Shown here: piece by piece, positions 48,198 to 58,552 of the stretch
Layout: the number at the start of each line of letters is the position of its first letter
Position numbering within the stretch: the first letter of the stretch is position 1
From: Gammaproteobacteria bacterium
GTDB lineage: Bacteria > Pseudomonadota > Gammaproteobacteria > Arenicellales > UBA868
Length of the DNA: 64,000 nucleotides
Direction of reading: 5' to 3'
Assembly (NCBI GenBank): GCA_014239575.1
Contig: JAAZYQ010000001.1
Location: 7,322 to 71,321 of the forward strand
The notes under the pieces: generated by a model
The model's input: the letters and a program-made list of their open reading frames with translations, nothing else
Database searches by the model: none
What the model was told of the DNA's origin: nothing
Program-made: the position numbers and the translations under genes

Positions 48198-48561
48198 GAC
48201 CTTCTGACCCCAACCGCCGTTACGACGGCCCGGGGCGCTTGGGGCCGCGGCCTTAAACGACCATCGCACCACGTGGCTGTGAATTCACATACCCCAAGGT
48301 CCCGGTCTGATTTTGGATGACCTTCTGATTGACACAAACCCTGGTCTGATCACCGGAGTTCTGCATGATCACCTGGAATACTAGAAGTGGTCAGTCGTTA
48401 CGGTCTGGCGCCACTGCAGTCAGCGCGATCACCACCACTGCGACTGAGAGCCGGCCGGTCTGCAACAGCATCTCAGGCCTTCGACAGTTTTTCGGGCGCA
48501 TTCGTTCATGAGCTCTGGCGTTGTTATGAAGGCGACTATTTCACCGGCTGCAACAACCGCT

Positions 48562-49329
48562 TCAGGACTGCAAGCGCTGCTGCCATCGGCTAACAACGAC
48601 ACCAGTCAGTCCAGCCGTGGCCAATGCCAGCAGGTAAGTGGCAAAACCGAACAGCGGTAACAAAATCCAGACAACAAAATAAAATGCCAAAAACGCAATC
48701 TGTCCTTGCATCATGCCGCGCATTACCGCGAGCCCGCCCGCACTGCCATGCTCACGGTGAGCCGCTGCGGCCAGCACGCCGGCTACAATCAATACGGTGC
48801 CAAGTAACCCTGACAACATTGGCCCAAGCATAGGGGCCAAAACAGTAATGACCAACACCAATGCAGTGGTTACCCCCATGCGCATCACCAATACGGTATT
48901 GGATGAGAAAGCGGGTAGCGGTAATCGGCTCGACGATCCGGCAAGTCTCAGACCCGCGATGATCGACCCCATGCTAAACAAAAAAATCAGTAATGGATCC
49001 GGATTAAAAAGCGCCAGACAAAAGACCATCGCCAGATAGCAGCCCTGGGCTGCTGCCTGACTGACAACCCAGCCGCAACCAAAGTTGACAGCCATGCGGT
49101 AACCAGCCGCCGTCGCGGCGATGGCCGGCATGGCGTACAGCGTCCCCAGTGCTGCCTGGATCGAGAAATCGGCCCCGTATTCAACAAATAAAAAAACCGA
49201 AATCGGCCCGGTTGTCACCGGCAACCCAGCCACCCAGCCTCCGGCCGCGGTACCCCAGCGACGCGATACCCATCCTGCGACCCCAACAATACAAGGCGTG
49301 GCAAACAGTTTGAAAAGCAATAACGTCAT
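48562..49329 (-). CDS. Hypothetical polytopic membrane protein
   Basis: About 8 hydrophobic segments; RRWG...GWVAGLP motif echoed in the C-half (LGPMLSGLL). Confidence 0.7.
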   Translation of the reverse strand: MTLLLFKLFATPCIVGVAGWVSRRWGTAAGGWVAGLPVTTGPISVFLFVEYGADFSIQAALGTLYAMPAIAATAAGYRMAVNFGCGWVVSQAAAQGCYLAMVFCLALFNPDPLLIFLFSMGSIIAGLRLAGSSSRLPLPAFSSNTVLVMRMGVTTALVLVITVLAPMLGPMLSGLLGTVLIVAGVLAAAAHREHGSAGGLAVMRGMMQGQIAFLAFYFVVWILLPLFGFATYLLALATAGLTGVVVSRWQQRLQS

Positions 49330-49479
49330 GCAAGGATTAATATGTCAGACTGAAACCCGCCAAGGGCCCGCTGTGTCACCAAGCCGCATCGCGTCACCTG
49401 GCCCAAGACACTCTACGCCATCGACAAAACTCCGACACTGTTTGGGCCAGAAAACACCGACGCCCCGTTCGACGATGTC

Positions 49480-50325
49480 TTAAGGCTGCAACAACAACAA
49501 TGTCCCCCAGGCGATCAGGCCCACGCCGGTTAGCTGACCAAGCCACGCCCGGGCTGGTAAAAGCTTTTCCAGGAGCACGTATAGCGCGAGCCCGATGATC
49601 CAATACAGACTCATTATGCCGCCGTAAAACAACAAGGCCATAAGAAACCAGCAGCAGCCCAGGCAAAACGCGCCGTGTACAAGACCCATCGTGAATGCGC
49701 CGGCCCGACCCGACCGCCAATGTGAGGAAAGAAAGCCAATGGGTGAACGGCAATGTTTAAGGCAGGCCTGCTTTAACGGTGTCAACTGCCAGATGCCTGC
49801 CGCGATGAGTAAGACAGCACCGAAAACAGTACTCGTTCCCACCATCATGGCGGACAGAAGTCCAATTGATTCAAGGCCCCACTGAGCGCCGGTGGCGACT
49901 CCACTGAAGGCCGCCCACATCACAGCATATCCCAGTGCAAATACTCCCGTCGGCACGTACGGAGCTCCTTTCTCTTTCTCCTTACGCATCATGCGGGCGA
50001 ATAACAACAACATCGGGGCGGCGCTAGGGAGCATCATGCCAAGCATCATGATCCACCACATGAAGAAGGCGATAACAGCATATCCAACCGACCAAAACCG
50101 GGTCACCAAAGTGCCATTCATCCCAGACATCGGCAAGCCGGACTGGCCGGACCCACCCAGCCCAACGGCGTGGGTCATCCGGGTCATCTCCATGGCGCTC
50201 ATCCCCATGCCGGCGCCCGCAAGCACGTAGGCCCAACTCAATACCATCACGGCACCCAGTGCAATAACGACAACGAGCCGATCACGACGGAGCACAGACT
50301 CCAGATCAAAAGTCACTCCCCGCAA
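49480..50325 (-). CDS. DUF2182 predicted metal-binding membrane protein
   Basis: MMLGMMLPS, QLTPLKQACLKHCRSP, CLGCCWFLM, EKL. Confidence 0.85.
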   Translation of the reverse strand: MRGVTFDLESVLRRDRLVVVIALGAVMVLSWAYVLAGAGMGMSAMEMTRMTHAVGLGGSGQSGLPMSGMNGTLVTRFWSVGYAVIAFFMWWIMMLGMMLPSAAPMLLLFARMMRKEKEKGAPYVPTGVFALGYAVMWAAFSGVATGAQWGLESIGLLSAMMVGTSTVFGAVLLIAAGIWQLTPLKQACLKHCRSPIGFLSSHWRSGRAGAFTMGLVHGAFCLGCCWFLMALLFYGGIMSLYWIIGLALYVLLEKLLPARAWLGQLTGVGLIAWGTLLLLQP

Positions 50326-50337
50326 ATGACGAACCTT

Positions 50338-51009
50338 CTAACCGAACAGCGGGAAACGACGCCGGGACTCCTCGAGGTCGAGACTCAAACCATTTCGATC
50401 CCAGGCAACGTAGGCCAATGAGCTGTGGCGTGAACTTAAGTCAAACTTGATATCGCCGATTCCCTTGGCTGAACCGCTGGCGCCCTCAGCCTCGTGAAAC
50501 ACCCACCCGTGGGGCAACGTCGTGATGATCCGATGTTCCTCATCGGTAACGGGGTTCAGTAGGGGTTGCGCCTCGGTGCGCACCACGCCGGGCACGTCGA
50601 TACGCGCATGCCGGCGGCTGATATCCCACTCCCATCCAATCTCAGTGAATATCGGGGCGTGGTGATGCTCAATGATAACGCTGAAGATCTGGAACATTGT
50701 CCCAACCGGCTGATTCTCCCCTGCCAGGATATAAAACAGCGCATCACGCTGTTCGTCGGTAGCGCGGCTGTCCAGAATTGGCTGCATATGCCCATCACCG
50801 TGATGGATAGCCCGGGGAAAATAGAACGTGGCTACAACAATCAAACCATCCAGGCTGACGCCATCGCACTCCCCTTTGGTAATCTTAAAACCAACGGCTC
50901 CCGTACAATCCCCGTGGGTTGGCGGAGCATTGGATTCACAAGGGCAACCGAAATCGCAACTACAAAACTCGATGTACTCCGCTTCAAGTGACCATTCTCT
51001 TATCGTCAT
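50338..51009 (-). CDS. DUF1326-family protein
   Basis: EFCSCDFGCPC...PTHGDC Cys cluster; paired with DUF2182. Confidence 0.85.
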   Translation of the reverse strand: MTIREWSLEAEYIEFCSCDFGCPCESNAPPTHGDCTGAVGFKITKGECDGVSLDGLIVVATFYFPRAIHHGDGHMQPILDSRATDEQRDALFYILAGENQPVGTMFQIFSVIIEHHHAPIFTEIGWEWDISRRHARIDVPGVVRTEAQPLLNPVTDEEHRIITTLPHGWVFHEAEGASGSAKGIGDIKFDLSSRHSSLAYVAWDRNGLSLDLEESRRRFPLFG

Positions 51010-51260
51010 TACACATCCCTCCATTGTTTTGTCTTCGGGTTAAGAATAAGTTTCTTTACCCCAGGCGTCCAGGGGTGAAACACCGTTGTGACATGAGCCG
51101 GTTTTCTCTCATTCCTATTTTTCGGGGGACCGGCGTAAACAAAGGCAAAGCATCAAGCCAAAACCATGGATAGCCGAACCCACCGAGATGAAAAACCCGG
51201 GGCTTTAGAGTGGGGCTTAAAGAGCGCTACACCGAATAAGCCAGCGCCGGATGATACCTT

Positions 51261-51332
51261 TGCTGATAAAACTGCTGATAAAACTGCCGATAAAACTGCT
51301 GATAAAACTGCCGATAAAACTGCCGATAAAAC
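51261..51332. repeat. 12-bp tandem repeat TGC(T/C)GATAAAAC x6
   Basis: Six contiguous units differing at one position only. Confidence 0.95.
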
Positions 51333-51432
51333 GGGCGAGGGTATTAAAGCCTGGCGCCAGCTTCTTGAAAACCCCGACAAGATTGAAAAGCCAAGGCTAC
51401 GCTGACCCCATAGCCCAAGATAACCGCCCGGG

Positions 51433-54021
51433 TCACACCACGATGTTAACGAGCTTGCCGGGCACCACGATTATCTTGCGGATTGCGCGCTCCCCCACAT
51501 GACGTGCCACTTTGTCATCAGCCAACGCCGCCTCACGGATAACCACCTCGTCAGCCTCCGCGGCAACTTCGACCTGCCCGCGCAGTTTGCCATTAACCTG
51601 CACTACGAGTACCTGCGTTTCCGATGTCAGCGCGCTCTCATCGACCTTGGGCCAGGGCGCATCCAACAGTTCGCCGGGCATCTTCAGCTCCTGCCACAAC
51701 ACATGACTAAGGTGGGGCGTAATCGGCGCCAATACCCGTACCAGAATACCCAATACCTCACGCATCACAGCGATGCGCGCAGGATCTGAACCCGGATCAA
51801 AACGCTCCAGGGCGTTAAAACTTTCCATGCACGCAGCGACCACCGTATTAAACTGGTGGCGCTCCATGCCGCGGTTGATTTTCTGCAACGCGCCATGAAA
51901 GGTTCGGCGAAGAGACTGGCTTTGCTCATCGAGAGTCTCAGCGGTGGAGCTAGCACCGCGTAACGTCTCACGGTGGCTGTAAACCAGCGTCCAGATCCGG
52001 CGTAGAAAACGCTGCGATCCGGCAACCGCGTCGTCGTTCCATTCGAGCGATTGCTCGGGGGGCGAGGCAAACATGGTGAACAACCGTACCGTATCGGCGC
52101 CATAACGATCGATCAGGCCCTGTGGATCAACGCCGTTGTTTTTGGACTTGGACATGGTCGTCCAGCCGGTCGCCGTCAGCGCAGCACCATCGGTTGCGCG
52201 TCTCGCATCTATGGTTTTACCCTTGGCGTCTTTTTCGATCTCAACTTCATCGGGGCGCACCCAGACGCGGCCCTGCTCGGGACTGTCATGATAGTAAGCT
52301 TCAGCCAGCACCATGCCCTGGCATAGCAGTTTGGTGGCTGGCTCGTCACTGCTGACCAGCTCCAGATCGCGCATCAGCTTGTGCCAGAAACGAAAATACA
52401 AAAGATGCATCACAGCATGTTCAATGCCACCAATATAATGATCAACCGGCAGCCAGTAATCGGCGCGCTTATCCAGCATGGCCTTGGCACCTGGAGTGCA
52501 GTAACGGGCGTAGTACCAGCTTGATTCAACGAAGGTGTCGAATGTATCGGTCTCACGTTCTGCGTTAGCACCACAGGTTGGACACGATGTCGCCCGCCAA
52601 TCCGGGTCGGCCTTGATCGGCGACTGCACGCCCATGAAGGTGACATCTTCGGGCAACAGCACGGGCAGATCTCCATCCGGCACCGGCACCGCGCCGCAAC
52701 TATCACAGTAGATCACCGGCACAGGGCAGCCCCAGTATCGCTGACGCGAAACGCCCCAGTCACGCAGGCGATAGTTCACCTTGCGCTCGCCGATGTCCTG
52801 ATCTTGCACATACCCGGCGATGCGCTCAAAAGCGCTTTGAAAATCCAGGCCACTGAATTCTCCGGAGTTAACAGTGACGGTGTCGTCCTTGGCTGGCCAG
52901 GCTGTTGCAGAAACATCTATCAGCTCGCCATTGGCTGGAGCCACTACCTGGATAATAGGTAAGCCATAACGGGTGGCAAAAACGTGATCGCGCTCATCGT
53001 GTGCCGGCACCGCCATGATCGCCCCGGTGCCGTATCCCATCAGCACAAAGTTGGCGACCCAGACCGGAATCTTCTCACCGCTTAAGGGGTTAATCGCGTC
53101 AATGCCCAGCGGTACCCCTTTTTTCTCGATGGACTCAAGTTCTACCTCGCTGACACCGCCGCTGGCGCATTGGGCAATAAACGCGGCCACGTCCTGATCT
53201 GCCTTAGCCGATTCAATCGCAAGCGGGTGATCGGCGGAAACCGCCATAAAGGTAGCACCGAATAGGGTGTCCGGTCGGGTGGTAAAAACCCGCAGCGGCT
53301 CACCGCCTGCCGCCAAAGCAAAGTCAACTTCCAGGCCACTGGAGCGGCCGATCCAGTTGCGCTGCATGGTCTTGACCGAGTCCGGCCAGTCCGGCAGGTT
53401 GTCCAGTTCCTCAAGCAGTTCGTCGGCATAGGCGGTAATACGAATAAACCACTGTGGGATTTCGCGTTTTTCGACCACTGCGCCGGAGCGCCAGCCTTTG
53501 CCATCGATAACCTGCTCGTTGGCCAGCACCGTCTGATCGACCGGATCCCAGTTGACCACGGCGTTCTTGCGGTAGGCCAGGCCTTTTTCCATAAGCCGGG
53601 TAAAGAACCACTGCTCCCAGCGGTAGTACTCGGGCCGGCAGGTGGCCACCTCACGCGACCAGTCATAAGCAAAACCCATGCGCTGCAACTGTCCGCGCAT
53701 ATGCTCAATATTCTGGTAGGTCCACTGCGCTGGAGGAACGGCGCGTTGGATCGCGGCATTCTCGGCGGGCAGGCCAAAGGCGTCCCAGCCCATCGGCTGC
53801 AAAACGTTGCGTCCCAGCATTCGCTGATAACGGCTGATGACATCACCGATGGTGTAATTGCGCACGTGCCCCATGTGCAGCTGGCCCGATGGGTAGGGCA
53901 GCATGGACAGGCAATAGTACTTCTCGCGATCCGGGTCTTCTGTGACCTTAAAACTGTGCTGTTCCAGCCACCAGGCCTGGACAACCGATTCCAGTTGTTG
54001 TGGTGAGTAGCGCGGCTCCAT
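51433..54021 (-). CDS. leuS: Leucine--tRNA ligase
   Basis: PYPSGQLHMGH, FTTRPDT editing domain, TMSKS (KMSKS variant), VQVNGKLR. Confidence 0.97.
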   Translation of the reverse strand: MEPRYSPQQLESVVQAWWLEQHSFKVTEDPDREKYYCLSMLPYPSGQLHMGHVRNYTIGDVISRYQRMLGRNVLQPMGWDAFGLPAENAAIQRAVPPAQWTYQNIEHMRGQLQRMGFAYDWSREVATCRPEYYRWEQWFFTRLMEKGLAYRKNAVVNWDPVDQTVLANEQVIDGKGWRSGAVVEKREIPQWFIRITAYADELLEELDNLPDWPDSVKTMQRNWIGRSSGLEVDFALAAGGEPLRVFTTRPDTLFGATFMAVSADHPLAIESAKADQDVAAFIAQCASGGVSEVELESIEKKGVPLGIDAINPLSGEKIPVWVANFVLMGYGTGAIMAVPAHDERDHVFATRYGLPIIQVVAPANGELIDVSATAWPAKDDTVTVNSGEFSGLDFQSAFERIAGYVQDQDIGERKVNYRLRDWGVSRQRYWGCPVPVIYCDSCGAVPVPDGDLPVLLPEDVTFMGVQSPIKADPDWRATSCPTCGANAERETDTFDTFVESSWYYARYCTPGAKAMLDKRADYWLPVDHYIGGIEHAVMHLLYFRFWHKLMRDLELVSSDEPATKLLCQGMVLAEAYYHDSPEQGRVWVRPDEVEIEKDAKGKTIDARRATDGAALTATGWTTMSKSKNNGVDPQGLIDRYGADTVRLFTMFASPPEQSLEWNDDAVAGSQRFLRRIWTLVYSHRETLRGASSTAETLDEQSQSLRRTFHGALQKINRGMERHQFNTVVAACMESFNALERFDPGSDPARIAVMREVLGILVRVLAPITPHLSHVLWQELKMPGELLDAPWPKVDESALTSETQVLVVQVNGKLRGQVEVAAEADEVVIREAALADDKVARHVGERAIRKIIVVPGKLVNIVV

Positions 54022-54067
54022 GGAGATCCCTGATAGGGCCGCAAAACGATGCGGCAAAACTAAAGCG

Positions 54068-54376
54068 TCAATAATGGGTAGACGAATCGTCCTGATCGTT
54101 CGGGGCAGGCCAGTCACAAAAAGGAAACGGCCGCTCGTCGGAATTGAAGGTCAGGTACTGCAAGACAGAGTAACTGAACGCGTTCAAGTCAGCCGTAAAT
54201 TCATGCAGACGCTCCGCCTTGGCACCTTTGACAAGCTGATGTACAAACTGGAACAACATGCTGATGCCGACCAACAAGCGCACCACGGTATAGACTACAA
54301 AAAAGTAGATGATCATCAGCGCCAGACGCAGCCAGGTCTGGCCGCTGCGCATACGGGTGGAAAGTTCACTGGTCAT
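54068..54376 (-). CDS. DUF4389-family small membrane protein
   Basis: WLRLALMI...YLTFNSDERPFPF..WP. Confidence 0.8.
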   Translation of the reverse strand: MTSELSTRMRSGQTWLRLALMIIYFFVVYTVVRLLVGISMLFQFVHQLVKGAKAERLHEFTADLNAFSYSVLQYLTFNSDERPFPFCDWPAPNDQDDSSTHY

Positions 54377-54497
54377 GGCAGGATCGGTCTACGCCGGTCA
54401 TGTTTCTTGCTCCGGCAAAAAGAAAGCGTATTTTACACCATTGTCCATAACAGCCATGCCATCACGGCCTCTTTGAGGTTGGTACGCCAACTATAGC

Positions 54498-56831
54498 TCA
54501 CGGCCGGCTGTCCAGATCGGGCAGTCGTACGGGTACGCCCTGCCACCAGCTTGAGGATTTGGTTTTTCCTTTTGTGCTGGCCTGGCTTGGGGAGCACGAT
54601 TGCATGCCTGCGGGCTGTGTGCCGATTACAAAGGGTATCGCTTCAGCTACGGTACAGGGTGCATCAATCAATGACGGCGCGCTACGCAGCCAGGTAATAT
54701 TCCTGGGCTGATACAGCTGCACGGGTCGCAATGGCAAGTGGCGCATCAACCGGGCCCAGACCTTGAGCGCACCACTGGCGCCGGTCAGGCCGGTTGGCTC
54801 ATTGTTATCCAGTCCCAGCCACACTACCGCCAGAATATTGCCGGCATAGCCGACAAACCAGCTGTCCCGATAACCATCGGTGGTGCCCGTCTTGCCGGCG
54901 AGCGCCAGTGACTCAGGAAATTCCCGCGCCAGTGCGCGGCCAGTGCCACTGCGAACCACTTCCTGTAAAGCCCGGTTCACCAGAAAAACGCCGCTGGGAT
55001 CCAGCGCCAGCTGTGAGCGCAAAGGATAACGGGCAAGCGGGCGATCATCGCTGTCGGCAATCCAGCGGATGGTACGCAGTGGCGCGCGATGCCCACCTGA
55101 AGCCAGGCTCTGGTACATCTGTGCGATCTCCACTGGCGCAAGATCTACCGCACCCAGGGTAATCGATGGCAACGGCGCCAGTGGGCGCACAATTCCGGTG
55201 GATTGCAAAACCTGGATCACCGGCTCCAGACCCACCGTCAGGCCAAGACGGGCCGTAGCCACGTTATAGGACTGCGCTAACGCATCGATCAACTTAACCT
55301 GGCCGTGATCCTTGCGATCATAGTTGCGTGGCCGCCAAGGTTTCGCGCCATTGGCACGCCACTCAAAGGAGCTGTCATCAAGGAGGCTTTGCAGGTGGTA
55401 GCGATGAGGCCTGGACAACGCGGCAAGGTATACCGCGGGCTTGAGCAAGGAGCCGACGGGACGGCGTGCATCCAGCGCCCGATTAAACCCGCCGCGGCTG
55501 CCCTGGCGCCCACCGACCACGGCGAGCACTTCTCCGTTATCAACCTGCAGTACCACGATCGCCCCCTGCATTTTGCCTGCAGGCAGCTTGTGGGCAATTT
55601 CCAGATCACCTAGCGTGTGTTTGAGCGCGCCTTGGGCGGCGTGCTGAATCAGCGGATCCAGTGTGGAATGAATCCGCAGCCCCTGCGTTTGCACAATGGC
55701 CGGATCAAAATGGCGCTGCACCTGGCGGCGCACATAATCAAAAAAGGCGGAGCCGCTGGTGTGAGCGCCGCCAAGCGCCGACACCAGCCCCAAGGGGGAG
55801 GCTTGCAGGCTTTGCAACCTGGCAGAATCAATCTGCCCGGTCCGGGCGAGCTCGGCCAGCACCAGGTTGCGCCGCTGGCGGGCGCGTTGTGGATGGCGAC
55901 GCGGATCATAAGCGCTCGGCGCCTTGACCATACCGGCCAGCAGTGCCAGCGCGGGTGCTGGTAGTTCGGCAAGCGGGCGGCCAAAGTAATGCTCGCTCGC
56001 CAGCGCAAAGCCATGAATCGCCCGGTTGCCAGATTGGCCCAAAAATACCTCGTTGACATAGGCTTCGAGGATCTCTGATTTGCCATAATGCCATTCCAGC
56101 AAGAGCGCCATCACCGCTTCAGTGGCCTTGCGCCGCAACGTGCGGCTTGGCTCTAGGTAAAGATTCTTAACCAACTGCTGGGTCAGGGTGCTACCGCCGG
56201 CCACCACGCGCCCAGAACGAAGGTTCTGCAGTAGTGCGCGCGCTATCCCCACAGGGTCGATGCCATGGTGATCCATGAAACGGCGGTCTTCCATGACCAG
56301 CAGGCCTTGTAACAACACCCCGGGTACCTGGTGTAGCGCCACCGGCGCACGGTCCTCATGACGCAGCGGCAGAATACTACCCAGGCGAACCGGCTCAAGC
56401 AGCACCTCGGTGGGCTTTTGGCCCTTGTCTGCGATCAGCGCACTGATCCGGCCATGGGCAAATTCGATCTGTACCCGTATCGGCGTCACCCGCCCCTGCA
56501 TGCCATTAAAACCGCGTAGATGCACCGTGGCTTGACTCTTGCCTAAGCGAAAGGTGCCAGGGGAGCGAGCGGAGGCGTCCTTGCGATAGCCGCGGACTGC
56601 GAGTTCGCGCTCAAGCACCGCCGGGTTGAGTGGCAATCCTTCGTGCAACCGCCGCGGACGCGAGTAAACATGTGCCGGCAGCGACCAGCGAGCCCCCTCG
56701 AACTGGTGGCGTACGGTGGTATCCAGACGCACCACCCACACCGCCCCAGCGCCGAGCGTCACCAGGCCCAACAGGACCACTGCGCTGCGCCAGGTGATAC
56801 GGCGAGCTCGACGCTTCTTAGAGTGCGCCAT
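54498..56831 (-). CDS. mrcB: Penicillin-binding protein 1B
   Basis: UB2H-like domain, EDRRFMDHHGID, GSTLTQQLVKN, SLLK, SYN, KTGT. Confidence 0.93.
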   Translation of the reverse strand: MAHSKKRRARRITWRSAVVLLGLVTLGAGAVWVVRLDTTVRHQFEGARWSLPAHVYSRPRRLHEGLPLNPAVLERELAVRGYRKDASARSPGTFRLGKSQATVHLRGFNGMQGRVTPIRVQIEFAHGRISALIADKGQKPTEVLLEPVRLGSILPLRHEDRAPVALHQVPGVLLQGLLVMEDRRFMDHHGIDPVGIARALLQNLRSGRVVAGGSTLTQQLVKNLYLEPSRTLRRKATEAVMALLLEWHYGKSEILEAYVNEVFLGQSGNRAIHGFALASEHYFGRPLAELPAPALALLAGMVKAPSAYDPRRHPQRARQRRNLVLAELARTGQIDSARLQSLQASPLGLVSALGGAHTSGSAFFDYVRRQVQRHFDPAIVQTQGLRIHSTLDPLIQHAAQGALKHTLGDLEIAHKLPAGKMQGAIVVLQVDNGEVLAVVGGRQGSRGGFNRALDARRPVGSLLKPAVYLAALSRPHRYHLQSLLDDSSFEWRANGAKPWRPRNYDRKDHGQVKLIDALAQSYNVATARLGLTVGLEPVIQVLQSTGIVRPLAPLPSITLGAVDLAPVEIAQMYQSLASGGHRAPLRTIRWIADSDDRPLARYPLRSQLALDPSGVFLVNRALQEVVRSGTGRALAREFPESLALAGKTGTTDGYRDSWFVGYAGNILAVVWLGLDNNEPTGLTGASGALKVWARLMRHLPLRPVQLYQPRNITWLRSAPSLIDAPCTVAEAIPFVIGTQPAGMQSCSPSQASTKGKTKSSSWWQGVPVRLPDLDSRP

Positions 56832-56858
56832 GACAGCTGATGCGATCAGTTAAAGCGT

Positions 56859-57170
56859 TCAGAGTCGGTCCGGTAATGGCTGTCGGCATTGCCAGCAGAT
56901 CTCAAAGGTAACAGGATTCGATTCACCACAGTCCTGGCAAAGCACAGTCTGATCCGGGGCCGACTCATAGCCGGCGATCAGTGAGCGAGCCGTCGCCAAC
57001 TGGTGATCGCGTTCGATCCACACTTCGGGCCAGGTTTCGGTTGCCGGTAATTCGCCCAGTGCGCCGGCGGCGTGATCATTAAAGACCTGGGCGCGAACCC
57101 CGGCGGCCTCAAGCATCTGCGCCACCAGCCGAGCCTCGCCCAAACCAGACGCCGTGAAAACCCGTCGCAC
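56859..57170 (-). CDS. DUF2007 protein with C-terminal RanBP2-like zinc finger
   Basis: LEAAGV, GELP, CQDCGESN...CWQC. Confidence 0.8.
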   Translation of the reverse strand: MRRVFTASGLGEARLVAQMLEAAGVRAQVFNDHAAGALGELPATETWPEVWIERDHQLATARSLIAGYESAPDQTVLCQDCGESNPVTFEICWQCRQPLPDRL

Positions 57171-57185
57171 CGTTATCGCACCGGT

Positions 57186-58448
57186 TCAGTCGGTATAAAG
57201 ATGCTGGCGTGACCAGGGCAGGGCATTGTTGCGCTCACGGGTGAACAACACCTGGAACAGCTGCAAAGCGCCAATAAGAAAAGCGGCCTGGGAACCGGCA
57301 AGATACAGCCGCCAAGCCTGGGCGAACTCATCGTCAAACTGATTGAGCACCTCGTCATAAGCGCTATCGTATCGGGCGAGCCACTGCTGCAGCGTGCGAG
57401 CGTAGTGCAGGCGCAGGTTCTCGACATCGAGCACCGAGAACCGGTATGGCTCAAGGATATCCATCATTTCGCGCAGGCTCGGAGGATAAGCGCCCGGGAA
57501 AATGCGTTTTTCTATCCAGGCATTCATCAGCCGTGGCCGGTTGCGGCCGATAGCGTGCACCAGGGCGCGGCCATTGGTCGCAAGGCACCGATCAACCACC
57601 TCGCCCAGCGTGGGATAGTTCTCCTGCCCAACATGCTCAAGCATGCCCACAGAAACAAAAGCATCAAACTCACCGCTGATGTTACGGTAATCATCCAGTA
57701 CATAGGTGACCTGATCGGCATAGCCCTCGGTGCGGGCGCGGTCCGAGGCATAGCGCACCTGTTCGGCCGATACGTTCCAGGATGAAACCTTGGCGCCGTA
57801 ATGCAACGCCATATGACGAGCCAGCCCCCCCCATCCGCTACCCGCCTCTGCCACCCGATCACCCGGGCGCAACTGCAGCTTTCGGCAGATATGATCCATC
57901 TTGGCTTGCTGGGCCGCCTCGAGGCTCATCTTGGGTTGCGGAAAATAAGCACAGGTGTACTGCATCTCGGCATCGAGCCACAGCCGATAAAAATCGTTGC
58001 CGATGTCGTAATGGTGGTGAATGTGCTCGCGGGAGCCATCGGGGGTATTGGCACGGGGCTTGCGCTGTTGCAGTCGCTTCACCAGCTTTACCGGCCCCCG
58101 CACCTCAGCGACACCGGTGAACGCCTCCACCAGGAACCCGACCAGATCACCTTCTACCGTAATACCGCCACTGGAAAAAGCGTCGCCAAAACCTATTTCC
58201 CCGTAACGGACCAACTGCATCAGCGCTGCCTGATTGTGAATGGTGGCAGTGGCGAGTGCATGACCTTGGGTCGGGGTAATTGAAAACCCGTCCCACAGCG
58301 CCACGGTGAAACGCGGCGAACCCATGGACTCGACCACACGGCGCAATACATACCTTTCGTAGGCACGAGAGGCGGGTCGTGTGCTGGCCTGGCCTATCTT
58401 GCGTGCCAGGGATTTATCGTCGCCAAAAACTGGGTTAGAACTCGCCAT
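57186..58448 (-). CDS. cfa: Cyclopropane fatty acid synthase-family SAM methyltransferase
   Basis: HHYDIGNDFY, MQYTCAYF, EAGSGWGG, SVGMLEHVG, IFPG; start approximate. Confidence 0.82.
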   Translation of the reverse strand: MASSNPVFGDDKSLARKIGQASTRPASRAYERYVLRRVVESMGSPRFTVALWDGFSITPTQGHALATATIHNQAALMQLVRYGEIGFGDAFSSGGITVEGDLVGFLVEAFTGVAEVRGPVKLVKRLQQRKPRANTPDGSREHIHHHYDIGNDFYRLWLDAEMQYTCAYFPQPKMSLEAAQQAKMDHICRKLQLRPGDRVAEAGSGWGGLARHMALHYGAKVSSWNVSAEQVRYASDRARTEGYADQVTYVLDDYRNISGEFDAFVSVGMLEHVGQENYPTLGEVVDRCLATNGRALVHAIGRNRPRLMNAWIEKRIFPGAYPPSLREMMDILEPYRFSVLDVENLRLHYARTLQQWLARYDSAYDEVLNQFDDEFAQAWRLYLAGSQAAFLIGALQLFQVLFTRERNNALPWSRQHLYTD

Positions 58449-58552
58449 TGCGCTGCCAAGCGTGCAAACGTCGGTGGAAATAATCAGAGTCTTAGCCGGA
58501 AATGATACCCGTTGGGCCAAGTCCGTCAAGATGATTGTTGTATTAACTTATC

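Noticed and set aside
51261-51332. 12-bp repeat as CRISPR
   Set aside because: Contiguous tandem units without spacers
53142-54044. 300-aa alternative-frame ORF inside leuS
   Set aside because: Typical stop-poor off-frame in GC-rich coding DNA; low-complexity Arg/Ser/Pro content
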